Assembly: GCF_001949145.1 (NCBI RefSeq) | Contig: NW_019091360.1 | Coordinates: forward strand, 3,098,864-3,162,863 | From: Acanthaster planci | Lineage: Eukaryota | Reading direction: 5' to 3' | Length of the DNA: 64,000 bases | In this document: positions 38,001 through 49,434 of the stretch, piece after piece | Numbering within the stretch: position 1 is the stretch's first letter | Layout of the letters: the number at the start of each line of letters is the position of its first letter | Made by a program: the position numbers and the translations under genes | Notes under the pieces: model-generated | The model's database searches: none | Seen by the model: only the letters and a program-made list of their open reading frames with translations | Told to the model about the DNA's origin: nothing

Positions 38001-41000
38001 CCAAGTACCGGGATACACTCTGTGCTTCAAACGATATGCGGGCAGGTATGGATTGGGATTTTCTTTGGGACTTCATTAAAGACTTCATTAAATTGGCTGC
38101 TATTATTTTGAAGGAAATTTTGTCATTGTATTAGATCACCCCTTTTCTTGGATGTTTAAATATGATCTTTCTCCTGACTCCTTGTCCTTTCTGAAAGTCT
38201 CTGCAAGAAAAGGATGATTACCAATCAAACTTTCCAACAACAGTTTATGGAAGTGTATATCTCAATCCTTCCCGTCCTTATGTACATTTGGCATGCTCTT
38301 TGGCATGCTCTTGAAATGGAAAAAAAAGGATGACCCTCCAAGAAAAAGCAGACTAAAATGTATTAACAGGAGGTTAAAGTTTTCACAATTTGAAACTCTT
38401 TTGAAGTGAGTGATTATAACACATGATCGTAGAATACCTTGTTCCACAGTTGCCTGAGATTTGATCTTAAACTCATTTTTTCATCATCTGATGATATACA
38501 TGTAAACATATAGAGTTTCTGTCTTGTCTGCAGATTTGCTACGCTTACAATTTGGAACAACCAGACTGTACCACTCTTCATGATTACACAGAGCTAACAA
38601 AATTCTTCAGAAAGCTCTTAGCCACTGTGGGCACAGCGGAGAGGCCTCTGTTGCTGATTTTTGACAGCATCGATCAGCTTTCTGCTGCCAACGATGCCCA
38701 TGCCATGAACTGGCTGCCCATGTCATTTCCATCGCATGTGCTGATTGTGGCATCCATGCTCTCTAAGGACGAGCACAGATGCCAGGAGAAGATTCGACTT
38801 CTCCTCCAGGACGACGGCTGCTATCTCGAGATGCAGCCAGTGCCCCAAGAGACTGGGCTTGAGATTCTTAGCAGCTGGCTGGATGCCAAACATCGCAAGC
38901 TGACAGAGGATCAGCTGGCCCGAGTATCCGAGGCCTTCTCCAAGTGCCCTCAACCGCTGTTTCTTAAGCTGCTGTTTGAACGAGTCCTCCACTGGAAATC
39001 CTACACCAGCACGTCCTCCGAGAAGATGCTGCCATCCAGTGTCCGCGAAGCCATCACGGACCTCTCTGAGGAGTTGGAACACCGGCATGGTCAGATCGTT
39101 ATCTCGCACGCCCTGGGTTACATCTCGGCTACCAAGAGTGGCATCACAGAGGCAGAAATTGAGGACGTCCTGTCCTGTGACGACGAGGTGCTGAACGACG
39201 TGTACCAGTATTGGGACCCCCCTGCGGAGAACATTGTGCGAACACCGCCCTCTCTCTGGAAGAGAATCCATTATGATGTCAGCGAGTTTTTGTCTGAGCG
39301 TCAGTCAGGAGGTAAGCACGCATTTTGCCTTTGTCAGTTTGTTACTTTGTAACTTGAAACGAACTGTGATATAGTGGCTCTGCACATGCTGAACCAAAAA
39401 GTCTACTTCTGTCTCCCAGGTTGAAGTCATTGACTTCATGATGCTTTATTGACTACAGTGGTTTGAAAAATTATGACGGTTGTTCAGCAAGTGAAGTTGA
39501 TGCCAACTGACGAAGAGAAAAACATTCTGAAGTATCAGAGCGTCGGATGTTGCAAAATTTGATTGTGAAAGCGTGGCTAGTAAGTGGAGCTGTGTCAGTT
39601 ACTTTGTAATGGAATTGCATGACATCATCCTTTTCCGACAGGTTTAGTGTTTGCTTACATTGATTTGAGCTCTCTAATGACAGTTTACTTGCACTGTGAA
39701 TTACTTTATCAAGGCCTATCCTCAAAGCCTATGTCGGGGTCTTGTGCCCTTGGGAGATTTACAGTAGGAGAAAAATGAATAAGGGCCTTAATTGCCCACA
39801 AAAGGAGAAAAGCACCACCCCTCACACAGGGGGATGAATGGGGCTCAAGCTTTACATTGGCGGTGAGCAGCCATCGCTGTGATGCCCCAGTGCACTGACT
39901 GCATTGCTATCTGAGAGTAATCCTTACCATTCACCAATCTAGGAAAGCAAGAGGTTTCCTTCGCTGTTGTTACACTGTAGGTTAATCCAGTACCCACAGT
40001 CCGGTTGTATGTCGCTTCCTCACAAGTAAAACGTATTGTCATCAACATTCTCAATAAGCCATGTGCGAGTTAAATTTGAATAAAATTGAGAAATGTAAAA
40101 CAGTGCATATTACCAGATCTAGAACCCTTGCTTCAAACCTTGTATTAATTAAAACCCTGGTGTCAACGGCGCAGTGATAGAGATCAACACATATCACCAA
40201 ATATGGTCATATTTTTTTTTTCAATGGGCCAATTTGGCAAAGATTTCAAGCAATTCTTACTCCAGGCACACACAACAAGTCTGTAGACTCCCATTGGCCA
40301 GACCCCAACCACTGCAGAGTAAGAATTGTTGAAAGATCAGTATCCCTAAGACGCCATACGACCGGGAAATGACTTGGTAGTTTTAAAAAATCCATATCGC
40401 TACTCGGAGTTATTTGGGGGGCGTGGCTACAGATGTACTTCAGCAGCATAATGAAAAGTAGTTAGAGAGGGGACCTGAAGGATGTATTGGCTACAATCAG
40501 TCATACATGTTCAGGCATGACCAGATACATCCTGGAGACAGAAATCACCACATGGAGAAAAAAATCCCCACATGGAGGATTAGGGATTTTTGTGGACATG
40601 GCTGCTCGGAGGGTTTTAATAACAGTGTTTTCAAAGTCACTTAATTCTCACAAATATTTTTGGTTTGTTGTTTTATCTGACCTCTCATGGTTCCAGGCAT
40701 ATTGACTGGACAGTTGCTAAAGCTTCTTGAGTTTCAGGTTTCTTCACTGTATTTCCTTTGGGTCAAATTTTGAATCTCAAGAGTAAGAGGGTTTTGTGAC
40801 AACTGGACAAAGGGCTACATGTATGTCTGCCCATCCTGTAATACCGTGTACATGTCCATACATCAGTGTGATCTCATTTATTCACTTGAGTGCATTCAAC
40901 AAATATTGATTACACAGCAGATTTCTTTTCAAGGTGTTATTTCATTTGGTGCACTGATCATTAAGCTAACCTAGGCATCTCTTCGCTCCACTCAAGAATG

Positions 41001-44000
41001 TGGTATTTTTAATTTTCATTTGTTCGTAAGTGTCTGCATGGTGTATATGATGTACCAGTTTTTTAATTATTTTCAACCCATCTTGTGACAGAGCGATTTT
41101 AAACCAGTACATGCACTTAATGGCACATTTTAAACTGGATAGGGCTCTTGACTAGGCATACATGTGAAACTGTCTGAAGTATTACGAAGTCCACTTCATG
41201 CTTCGTTAAGTTGTAAGTGCACCTGTGCAGATTGGGCTTTTAGGTGATTTCTTTTCATTACATTTATTTTGTTTCAAATTTGCTTTGGATTGGCAGGCAA
41301 GACTGTTGTTGCATGGTATCATCGTCAGTTCATTGAGGCAGCAGATGACCGCTACCTCAGCCGAGAAGAAATTGTCTCGGCACGCCACCAACTCCTTGCA
41401 GAAATGTTCCTGGGCTCTTACAGTGTAGGCACGGTTCGACCGATCACCTTGCACAAACGCAAGAAGGTTTTTTCAGATGCCGATCGGCAGGTGGCACCGC
41501 AGCCCTTGGAGTTCAGCAAAGGCTTCTACAACAGGAGGAAGCTGATTGAGCTGCCCCATCACCTGGCCGAGGCGGGCATGCTGGCGGAGTTGATCTCTCA
41601 CGTTCTCTGCAACTTCAACTGGCTCCTGACCAAGTTGGTGTCCTTCAGCTTCCTAGAGCTGATGACAGATTTCCACCAGGTCAGCGAGGAAATAGTCATC
41701 CTCGTAGAGACCATGTACCTGGCCAGCAGTAACCTCAAGGCTGATCCCTACTCCCTGGCTGGACAGTTGATTGGACGGATTGGTGATTATGGCAGCAAAT
41801 TTCCTAACTTGGGGATGTTGATTCAGCAGGCTAAAGATTGGATGAGGAGCACTAACCGCCCACTCTTTGTTCCCTGCGCACCGTGTCTGATACCTCCAGG
41901 AGGGCCCTTGCGCACCGTCTTTGGAGGCCATCCTAGTTTGGTCTTGAAAGTGATGTGCACACCATCAGGGGAGCTGATGCTGTCTGCTTGTCTGGACTCA
42001 GAGGGTCACCCAATGTTCAACGTCTGGAACTTGTCCACTCTGGAAGTTGTTCATACATTGCAGAGGAAGAATGACAGGGCTCCTCTGGTCAAAAACAGCA
42101 AAGTAAACATGTGCGTCACCCACAGTGGCCGATATGCAGTCTTTGGCAAGAACTCCCTGGCAAAGTTTGATTTGGTCACCGGGGAGTGTCTTGGGGAGTT
42201 GGAAACCGATGGCCTGACGAGCTTTAGCAATCTCCAGGTTGACGACGAAAATTCCAAGGTATTTGCTTGTGCTGAGCCAGGGAACTTGGCATGCGTTTGG
42301 AGCTTTGCTGACGGCAAGAAAATCGCATCCATGCAACATCCTGAAGAGGTTATCTTCATCATTCCAGTACATGGAGAAAACCTGCTCTCTGTCTGCAAAG
42401 AAGGGAAGCTTAGATTGTGGTCTTTGACATCATATGAGTGCACAGTTTGCCAAGATGGGTACGATGATGGCAAGAGGGTGACCTGGGCTGGTCTTAACCC
42501 AGACGCTAATCGTCTTGTGACAGGCAGCTCAGATGGCCAGATCAAAATCTGGTCAATGCCGCTGTCTTTCCCTCCTCCATCCTCAGGATGCTTTACCTTA
42601 GAGTCAGAGTTCTCAGCATCCGTCAAAGAGCCACTCTTGAGTGTTGTGGTCCACTCAGACTCTACCTTTGTGCTCCGAGACAGCAGCAGCATCTCTCGAA
42701 TCTGTCACCTCATCCCGGGGGAGGATCCAACGATCATTGACCTGAAGGGACACGATGGATTGATAACGTGCACCTGGACTCATCAAGGAGTTTTGGGCAG
42801 TGGCGACGGACCGTCGTTTTTGATCACCGGGTCAAAGGACGACACCTTGAAAGTCTGGAACCTGGAGGACGGGAGATGCCTCAACACACTGAAGGGGCAT
42901 TCATCCTGGATTTCTGATGTTACTGTAGTGACCATGGCAGATGGTTCCCGAGTATTGTCAGCCTGTAATGACAAAACTGTGAAGATGTGGATACCAACCA
43001 AAGGAGAGGTAAATTTACTTCAGCAAACTTACCAGATGATAAATTTCAGCTTTAAAAAAAAAATCCACATAGTTTTATGTGTATACATACATGTAATTAA
43101 TTGAGGCCAGTTTATACCGTAGTCGATAACATGACTGAAAATTGGAAATTATCCCACATGGAGTTCATACATGTAGTTGTCACCGAAGTGCTAGTGACCA
43201 GTCAATGAAGGACATTGGCAACGTCACATCAAAGTCCAAATGATTGAAGTTTGACATAGCCACTGACCTAATTTGTCATAGTTGGGCTAGTGCGCAAGTG
43301 GTCATCACACATAACAGTTTCATGTGTCCCTTCTGCTTGTATGTTTCAATATTTATGAAGAGATGTGGTGCGAGGACTGTGAAGTACCCCATGAGGCTAC
43401 ACTGCCTGGTGACCGTCAATGCCTGGCACGCACCATGACATGCCTTAAGCCTTACTCTTGATTTTTGTTGCTGAGAATCTTTGTCTATCAGTGTCCTGCA
43501 GGAGCAGCAATGGCTTACATTTTTCAGGAGAAATTGTATTGTGCGGATTTTTCAATCCTTTAACACAGGTGGTTTTCTACTGGTAGAAATTATCACAAGA
43601 CCAGAAAAGAGACGAAACACAAGACAATATACAGAACCATTTTCAAGACCAAACACATGTCTGACTAGAGATCAAACACAGGACCAGAAACAACAAAAGG
43701 CACAAGACCAGACACAAGACTAGGCACAAGACCAGACACAAGACCAAACGCAAGACCAAACATAAGAAAAGACACAAGACCAGACACTAGACCAAACAGA
43801 AGACAATACACAAGACCAAATTCAAGACCAAACACAAGACCAGACACAAAACCAGAAACAAGACCAGACACAAGACCAGGCACAAGACCAAACACAAGAC
43901 CAAACATTAGGACAGACACAAGACCAAACTCTAGACCAGACACAAGACAAAACACAAGCCCAGGCACAAGAACAAACACAGGACCAGACACAAGACCAGA

Positions 44001-47000
44001 GAGAACAGATAGACACAAGATCAAACACGACACCAAACTCAGAAACAAGTAGCGGAGTGAACAGTGACAAAGGAATGGTTTGTTGCAGTTTAGTTGACTA
44101 GCCAGCAACTTGAAGTCAGCAACTGGAGGTCTTGTGTTGGTCTTGTGGGGTCATGTGGTGGTCTTAATATTATTGGTCTTGATTAAAACATTTTTTCAAC
44201 ATTCATAACATTCTTTTGAATTCTTCATGGCCTTAAAACTTGGGGGCTTGGTAAAGTTTTCATATTTATTTGTCTTATTTTAGGTGACAAAAAGAGACTG
44301 TCATGAGCTATCTGGCCAATGCGTAGCATTGTATAAGGGTACAAGCTCTGTAATCGGTGTGTCAGGAAGTAAGGATAAACAGACTAAGTTCTGGAACTTG
44401 TGTTTGGATGATGCCGAATGCTTCAAGTCTATAAGCTGTGCTTCTGTTGTCATGGAGATCCTGGAAGCGCAGGAGACTGTAGTCTGTGGCACCGACACTG
44501 GTGAGGTGGTAGCTTTCCAGTTAGAAACAGGCTCCGAAGTCTGGCGCCGACCTCTCTTCAAGAAGGGCATTACAGCAATGGCTCTGGCCCCGAGGCAGAC
44601 CATTCTTGTCGGCTCCAAGGATGTGTCTGACAAATCGGTCAGGGTGTGCGACGGGTCAAACCAACTGGAGGAGAAATTTCGGCTGGACGGTCACTCAGAG
44701 GCCACCACCATCCTGAGAGCAGTGATCAATCAGGAGAATCCAATGTACCTGTCTGCCTCCAAGATGGCTGGAGAGGTCAAGGCATGGGATGACCTTATGG
44801 GCAACTGTCTGGCTACTATGACACATGCACAGGTAATCTATGAAAAAGGTTCATTAAACCCTTTTATTCATGAAAAAAATTAGGTTCAGCTTGTGAGACA
44901 CACGGTCTGGTTTCCTACAAGTAAAACCAGCTTTTTTAGTGATGGAGAAGTAGAGAGCATTTCAGCCCCACACCGTAACCACTCCAGCAGCATGATAGCT
45001 GACTGTTGTCAGCCTGCGTCAGAATACACTTCAGGCATTATTTTGTGCTGTGCCACGTTTTACAGTCCATCGGTCACATGCAGGAAATTCACATTCTGCC
45101 ACTAAAAAGAGTTCAAGTCACAGGAAGTAGCTCAAAAAAGAATTGATTGTCAGTACAGCGCTGGACACAGTTTGAATCAAACGACCTTACAGATTTTTTT
45201 TTCCCCAGCCATCTTGGCAAGCGATTCCATTTTTGTTTGGTGCGACAGTCATTTCTGTAGGGCCTTTTGTTTAGTGCATGGGACACGTTGCATGGTCGTC
45301 GAGCGCGTCACCTTGCCCTTACCCTTCTTAACCCAGTTTTGCCGGCAGACGGGCTACGTTTGACCACATTTTGAAGGCTTACGCCCAATCTATCATCCTC
45401 TAAATGGTTGCCTTTTTGTTTTCCCTGATTCCAATTTTTTTTTTCATGTTCAAGTGTATTAGCCCCATTCTTTCAGCATCATGATACACAGTTTTGTATT
45501 GTGGTACCATATCGCAACATTTCAATATTGCAATTATCAATGCATCGATGAATCGTTACACCCCTACTAGTGTCAGAGGGCATACATGTACATGTGCAGC
45601 CCCCTTTTTTATTTTATTTATTTTTTTTTTTGGTGATCGTTTCAATTGAGCATAGTTACACTCCTAGTATCTAAACAAGGTGTGTACATTGTTCTTTGAA
45701 CGGGTATCATTCCACTATGCATGTGCACCAAGTGCAGCGTTATTTTTGGCTGGAAATGCTGAAGTTTGAAAATGGCCAGTCCCATAGAGAGTCGGACTTA
45801 ACAGATGCTAATCCCACCGGTAGGGGGTCATTAACAAAAGGCTTGTGCGACATTTCTCACTTGTGTCGTCGCTTTTTCAAAACTGAGATTATGTCGCAGA
45901 GTGATATTTTCCACAGGCTTGGCCGTGGCCCACAGCCGCTTGAGTGCTGCATTCATGCTCAGTCTCCATGGAGGACCAGGATAGATGTCACATGGTGCTA
46001 CGTAGAGAATGCACCAAAACTGGTGTAAATGGCCTCTGCATTTTGAAGTAGGAACACCCTGCCTGTTTACGTCTTCCAAAGAGGACGTTTGAAGAGGTTA
46101 TTTCCACTGATGATCCCATTTCCTTGCTTGTAGGTCACATCCATGGAGGTATCACCCAACTGCAGGTTTGTGGCCTCTGGTTCCAACGCCGGCACCATCA
46201 AAGTCTGGTCCCTGGGCAGGACTTCCCTGGGCAGCCTGATGGCGGAACTGACCGGCCTGTACAGTGACACCATCGTCTGTTTAGCCTTTGATCAACAGAG
46301 CCATTACCTGGTTTCAGGGGCACACGTCGGCCGGGACCAGTTGCTGATTTGGGATTTCCAAGGGAATAAGAGGAGGTACTGTCCAGCTGAAATGTTACTT
46401 CACTGATTTTTGCTCAGCACGTTAATTTTCCTCACATTGTGTTGCCCTGAGCTCTCCTGCCCACGAAAGAGTAGTCTGGGTTCCCTAAGCACAGAAGGTA
46501 TTTACTTATCAAAGAGGCTGCAGGAAAAATCTTGATAATTGCTGTTTGCAGTCTCCACTGCCAGGAAAATAACGTCCTTTTTTGGTCCAGCTCGAGGCTC
46601 AAAGCAGCTACGTCTAGCTCTCAAGCTTTTGACAACAAAACTATGCCATTTGACACTAGTTCTGCTGCAACTCCTGCAGGACCCCCCCCCCCAACTTGCC
46701 AGCCTCGCTCTGACCCGGCAGTTGTCTTTGAGGTCGAGAATTTAGGGCATACCCTGTTTAGAAATTTTCTGTCCCCCTGAAGTTGAAATTTGGGCCAGCT
46801 TCACAAAGTTGGTTCAAGGGCCATTTCCAATCACTTGACTATGGCTTGACAATTACACGCAGCAGCCGCAACCATAGACTCTTGCGTAATTTCAAGTCAC
46901 ACTTATCAAAGAGGCCTGCAGGAAAAATCTTGATAATTACTGTTTGCTTGCACTTCACTGATTTTTGCTCAGCACATTAATTTTCCTCACATTATGTTGC

Positions 47001-49434
47001 CCTGAGCTCTCCTGCCCATGAAAGAGTAGTCTGGGTTCCCTGAGCAGTTTCTTGTTCTGTAGTGCAGAGTTGTAGTTGAGTCCGTTCCATGTCCCTGCAA
47101 ATCCGTCACAAGGGATCCAGTCTTAAGCCAAGTCATGAACTATTCAAATGCATTGTCGACAAAAGCTTTTCCTTTTTTTATCATTGTTCACTCTGTTACT
47201 TATGACTGGTGTTGTGGAAGGATTTCTGACTGGACTTTTCAGGGATTCATTCCTTCCATGTAGTACATATCTTTAGTTTATTTCTTTTGGGGGGGGGCTT
47301 ATTTGGTTTTGATGAACCTCTTGCATTCCAAAAGTTATTATGGTACATAAGAATCATTTTTAGTTTTCTGTTGTTTGTCTCTGGAAACTGTCAACAGGTA
47401 CTTGGTTGGTCACACCCACGCTGTGATGTCAGTCAGCGTGACAGCCAATAACAAGTATGTCTTGAGCAGCTCACGAGACTGCACCATCAAGGCTTGGAGT
47501 CTGGAACACGCCAACCTGCTGGCTTCATTTGACTGCCAGTCACAGGTGAGTAGACCCATTTTAGTGAAATCCACAAAGGACGTATGAGTACAGTGCAGTG
47601 GCGTCGCCGGGGGGGCACGGGATATGTGCCCCCGGTTCCCCCCCCCGGTGCCCCCCACTGAAAACAAAAAGTGGATGAATGGATATTGAACAAGGCTAAC
47701 AAAAACTCCCCCCCCCAAAAAAAAAAAATGCACCACTGAAAGCTGGTGCCCCTCATGAGATGCTGATGCCCCCGTTGTGAGCCCCCGCTAGTAAAATCCT
47801 AGCTCTGCCACTGGTGCAGTGTACAAATATTCATTGTCTTTAGTGGTGAAGAGGAACTAGCTTTCTGAGGTGATCTATTTTTCCAGAGGCGAAGCTGACG
47901 GAAAATAGAAAGTTTCGTGGCTCACTGAGGGATGCGAGTTTTTACTAAACCATGATATAAAGTGGTCAGTATTTGTTTTATTACAGCTGTCCTGCTGATG
48001 TGCTTGATTTCAATTTCAACTGTCCCATTTAAATAGAATTAAATTGTAATTGTATCTATATGCAACATTTGTTGGAAATTCAACAGTGATTTTTCAAACT
48101 GCTTCTTCATGGAATGTTTAAACTTAAAGTTTTTGAATATGTTCAATATGTGTTACCATACCCCTTATCCCCAATATTGGTTGCCATTCAATTTCTTGTG
48201 GAAAAAAAGTACATGCAGCAAACAGATTCAGACTTTTTTCGGGATGGTGAGGATTGGTCTCCTTAATTTTGACCAGAGAGATGGGATCTGGGTTGTTATG
48301 AATATGTAAAGTCAACTAGCTTCAGATATTGTCTGGCCATCTCTTTTAACAAATTTGTCAGTAGAAATTGTGAAGATGTACAACTCATTTATGGCACAAA
48401 ACTTTCATGTGTGGATGTTTCTACATTTTATTACATTTTTATGTTTACTTCAACACCCTGGAGAATTTTTTTACATTTAAAAAGGCATGCAAGCTTAAGT
48501 TTGAACCAACAATAGAGCAATTCATGTTTCTAGAAAACCGCCGTTCCCTTATTCAGTCAAAAAATTGACGGAACACAATTCACCTGTCAGTTTTGACATT
48601 GAAATGGACATTGGTTTTTTTTTTTAAACAGAGAGCACCCTTTGATTTCATTTTGTTGTCTGCCTTGGGGGGTTTAAGAGGATGTGGAGTGTTGAAGTCA
48701 TGGTAAAAATGGAAACTATCAGGAGATTGTGATGGTAATGTCATGGCGCCTCTGTTACTGTGTTTAGTGTCATGTACGGTATTGATGTTAGCGACAAGTG
48801 CTGTGGCCATTGTGAAATGTTTTCATCTTCCATTGAGCTGGTTGTTGAATCAACCAATATAGACCTTCCTTAACCCTAACCTTCCCCAACCACACAGTAG
48901 TAAACAGTAGTAAAGTGTTTAATTCTGTGGGGATAGGTCTAGTAGGCCCATAACAGCTGGCTTTTGCAAAAGTCCAACAGCCTCTGTGCACAATGTCCCA
49001 AATGGGTGTTTAACTTTGTGTGAATGGGTAAGGTCAGGTCCAGCAACCCTTGGGGGGTTAGGGTTAACCTTCAAGTTTCAGACTACCAAAGCAAGGAAAT
49101 AGTTTTGTCGTACACAACGTAATCTGAACATTTTTATTTGCCAATTTAGATTAAATTCTTCAAATATGTGGAGATTGCTGAAGACCACTACCGTTTCATC
49201 GCCACAAACCAGTCAGGTACCATCGCCATGCTGGACCTATTACTGGAGGATGCTGATCGAGGTATGACGGATAAGCAGGGTACTAGACAGAGCTTGAACT
49301 TGCAGCCCTTGAGGTCGGAGGTCAGCCCTGGGGTCAGTGGGAATGCCTCTAATGGTTCAAGTCCTTACAATAGTCGTTATGAAAACAACCAAAAACGTAA
49401 GAAAAAATTGTCAAAAATTTGTGTAACAGTCTAA
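28969..49434 (+). CDS. NWD1: NACHT and WD40 repeat domain-containing protein (NWD1/NWD2 family STAND NTPase with DUF4062-like N-terminus); 12 coding exons, 1688 aa
   Basis: Exons 28969-29080, 31637-31839, 32642-32999, 34915-35059, 36863-37159, 37808-38045, 38534-39311, 41297-43008, 44284-44832, 46134-46375, 47398-47545, 49150-49434. All introns GT-AG, phases consistent, 5067 nt. Motifs: VRVFLSSTFTD..ERN, VVDMRWGVRD, GNKYGYRPLP, Walker A GVSGSGKTS, Walker B LLIFDSIDQL, LSCDDEVL, WYHRQF, then many GH...W repeats. NWD1 versus NWD2 orthology is not resolved. Confidence 0.93.
30378..30689. other. Assembly gap (312 N) in an NWD intron
   Basis: Run of N flanked by ACAGAGACA on both sides, suggesting a collapsed microsatellite. 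The flanking exons join in phase, so no coding exon is needed inside it. Confidence 0.95.
31637..31839 (+). CDS. NWD coding exon 2
   Basis: DTIHERNRLLKDVFPDLQKYCQGKGLDFEVVDMRWGVRD...SMGPHFV. Confidence 0.92.
32642..32999 (+). CDS. NWD coding exon 3
   Basis: GFLGNKYGYRPLPPVID...WYVQDTNATPPVHVLQ...YFES. Confidence 0.92.
34915..35059 (+). CDS. NWD coding exon 4
   Basis: VTEIEVRHGLMGAVDPSASCLFFLRDLEGL...YLDIHED. Confidence 0.88.
35321..35416. repeat. Dispersed repeat with an inverted copy at about 57640-57729
   Basis: GCCAACC..TTCAC.AGAGTCAACA.GC.GCGCTATTT.GGTC.GATTTTGCACTGTTTTCT...GTATTTGGTGTAGTGCAA matches the reverse complement at 57640-57729. Confidence 0.75.
36863..37159 (+). CDS. NWD coding exon 5
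   Basis: EVDKDAQASLANLK...WTPSGIDPTHPVHARYL...LYEELLHHAKFCETKC. Confidence 0.92.
37808..38045 (+). CDS. NWD coding exon 6 (NACHT Walker A)
   Basis: FHGRQELM...PLVVHGVSGSGKTSVMA...LRFLGTSGPS. Confidence 0.95.
38534..39311 (+). CDS. NWD coding exon 7 (NACHT Walker B and helical domains)
   Basis: RPLLLIFDSIDQL...WLP...PLFLKL...ALGYISATKSGITEAEIEDVLSCDDEVL. Confidence 0.95.
41297..43008 (+). CDS. NWD coding exon 8 (helical linker plus WD40 repeats)
   Basis: 1712-nt exon: WYHRQF, QPL.F, YNRRKLIELPHHL, CLIPPGGPLRTVFGGH, then WD40 units such as LITGSKDDTLKVWNLEDGRCLNTLKGH. Confidence 0.95.
43594..44180. repeat. 12-bp minisatellite (ACACAAGACCAG/A) with a short inverted GGTCTTGTG tail
   Basis: Dozens of CACAAGACCA units at 43594-44045 and reverse-complement units GGTCTTGTG at about 44128-44180. 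Confidence 0.9.
44284..44832 (+). CDS. NWD coding exon 9 (WD40)
   Basis: VSGSKDKQTKFWNL...FRLDGHS...VKAWDD. Confidence 0.9.
46134..46375 (+). CDS. NWD coding exon 10 (WD40)
   Basis: VTSMEVSPNCRFVASGSNAGTIKVWSL...LLIWDFQG. Confidence 0.9.
47398..47545 (+). CDS. NWD coding exon 11 (WD40)
   Basis: YLVGHTHAVMSVSVTANNKYVLSSSRDCTIKAWSL. Confidence 0.92.
47596..47813. mobile_element. hAT-type MITE with 8-bp TSD
   Basis: CAGTGGCGTCG...CTGCCACTG termini, TSD GTACAGTG (47588-47595) and GTGCAGTG (47814-47821). Confidence 0.78.
48874..49063. mobile_element. piggyBac-type MITE (TTAA TSD, CCCTAACC termini)
   Basis: TTAA-CCCTAACC...GGTTAGGG-TTAA. Confidence 0.65.
49150..49434 (+). CDS. NWD coding exon 12 (last; polybasic plus CaaX end)
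   Basis: TTTAG acceptor at 49149, phase 0, IKFFKYVEIAEDHYRF...NNQKRKKKLSKICVTV-stop. Confidence 0.82.
   Translation: MKFFKYVEIAEDHYRFIATNQSGTIAMLDLLLEDADRGMTDKQGTRQSLNLQPLRSEVSPGVSGNASNGSSPYNSRYENNQKRKKKLSKICVTV

Noticed and set aside
38723..43001. Antisense ORFs of 72-213 aa opposite NWD exons 7-8
   Set aside because: Shadow ORFs of the coding strand with no independent motifs.
43665..44108. Hydrophobic or Cys/Trp-rich repeat ORFs (GLVS and VWSC repeats)
   Set aside because: These are translations of the 12-bp minisatellite inside an NWD intron.
48870..49067. Interstitial telomeric TAACCC/TTAGGG repeats
   Set aside because: Only one or two units, at the ends of a TTAA-flanked element. 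They are better explained as MITE termini.
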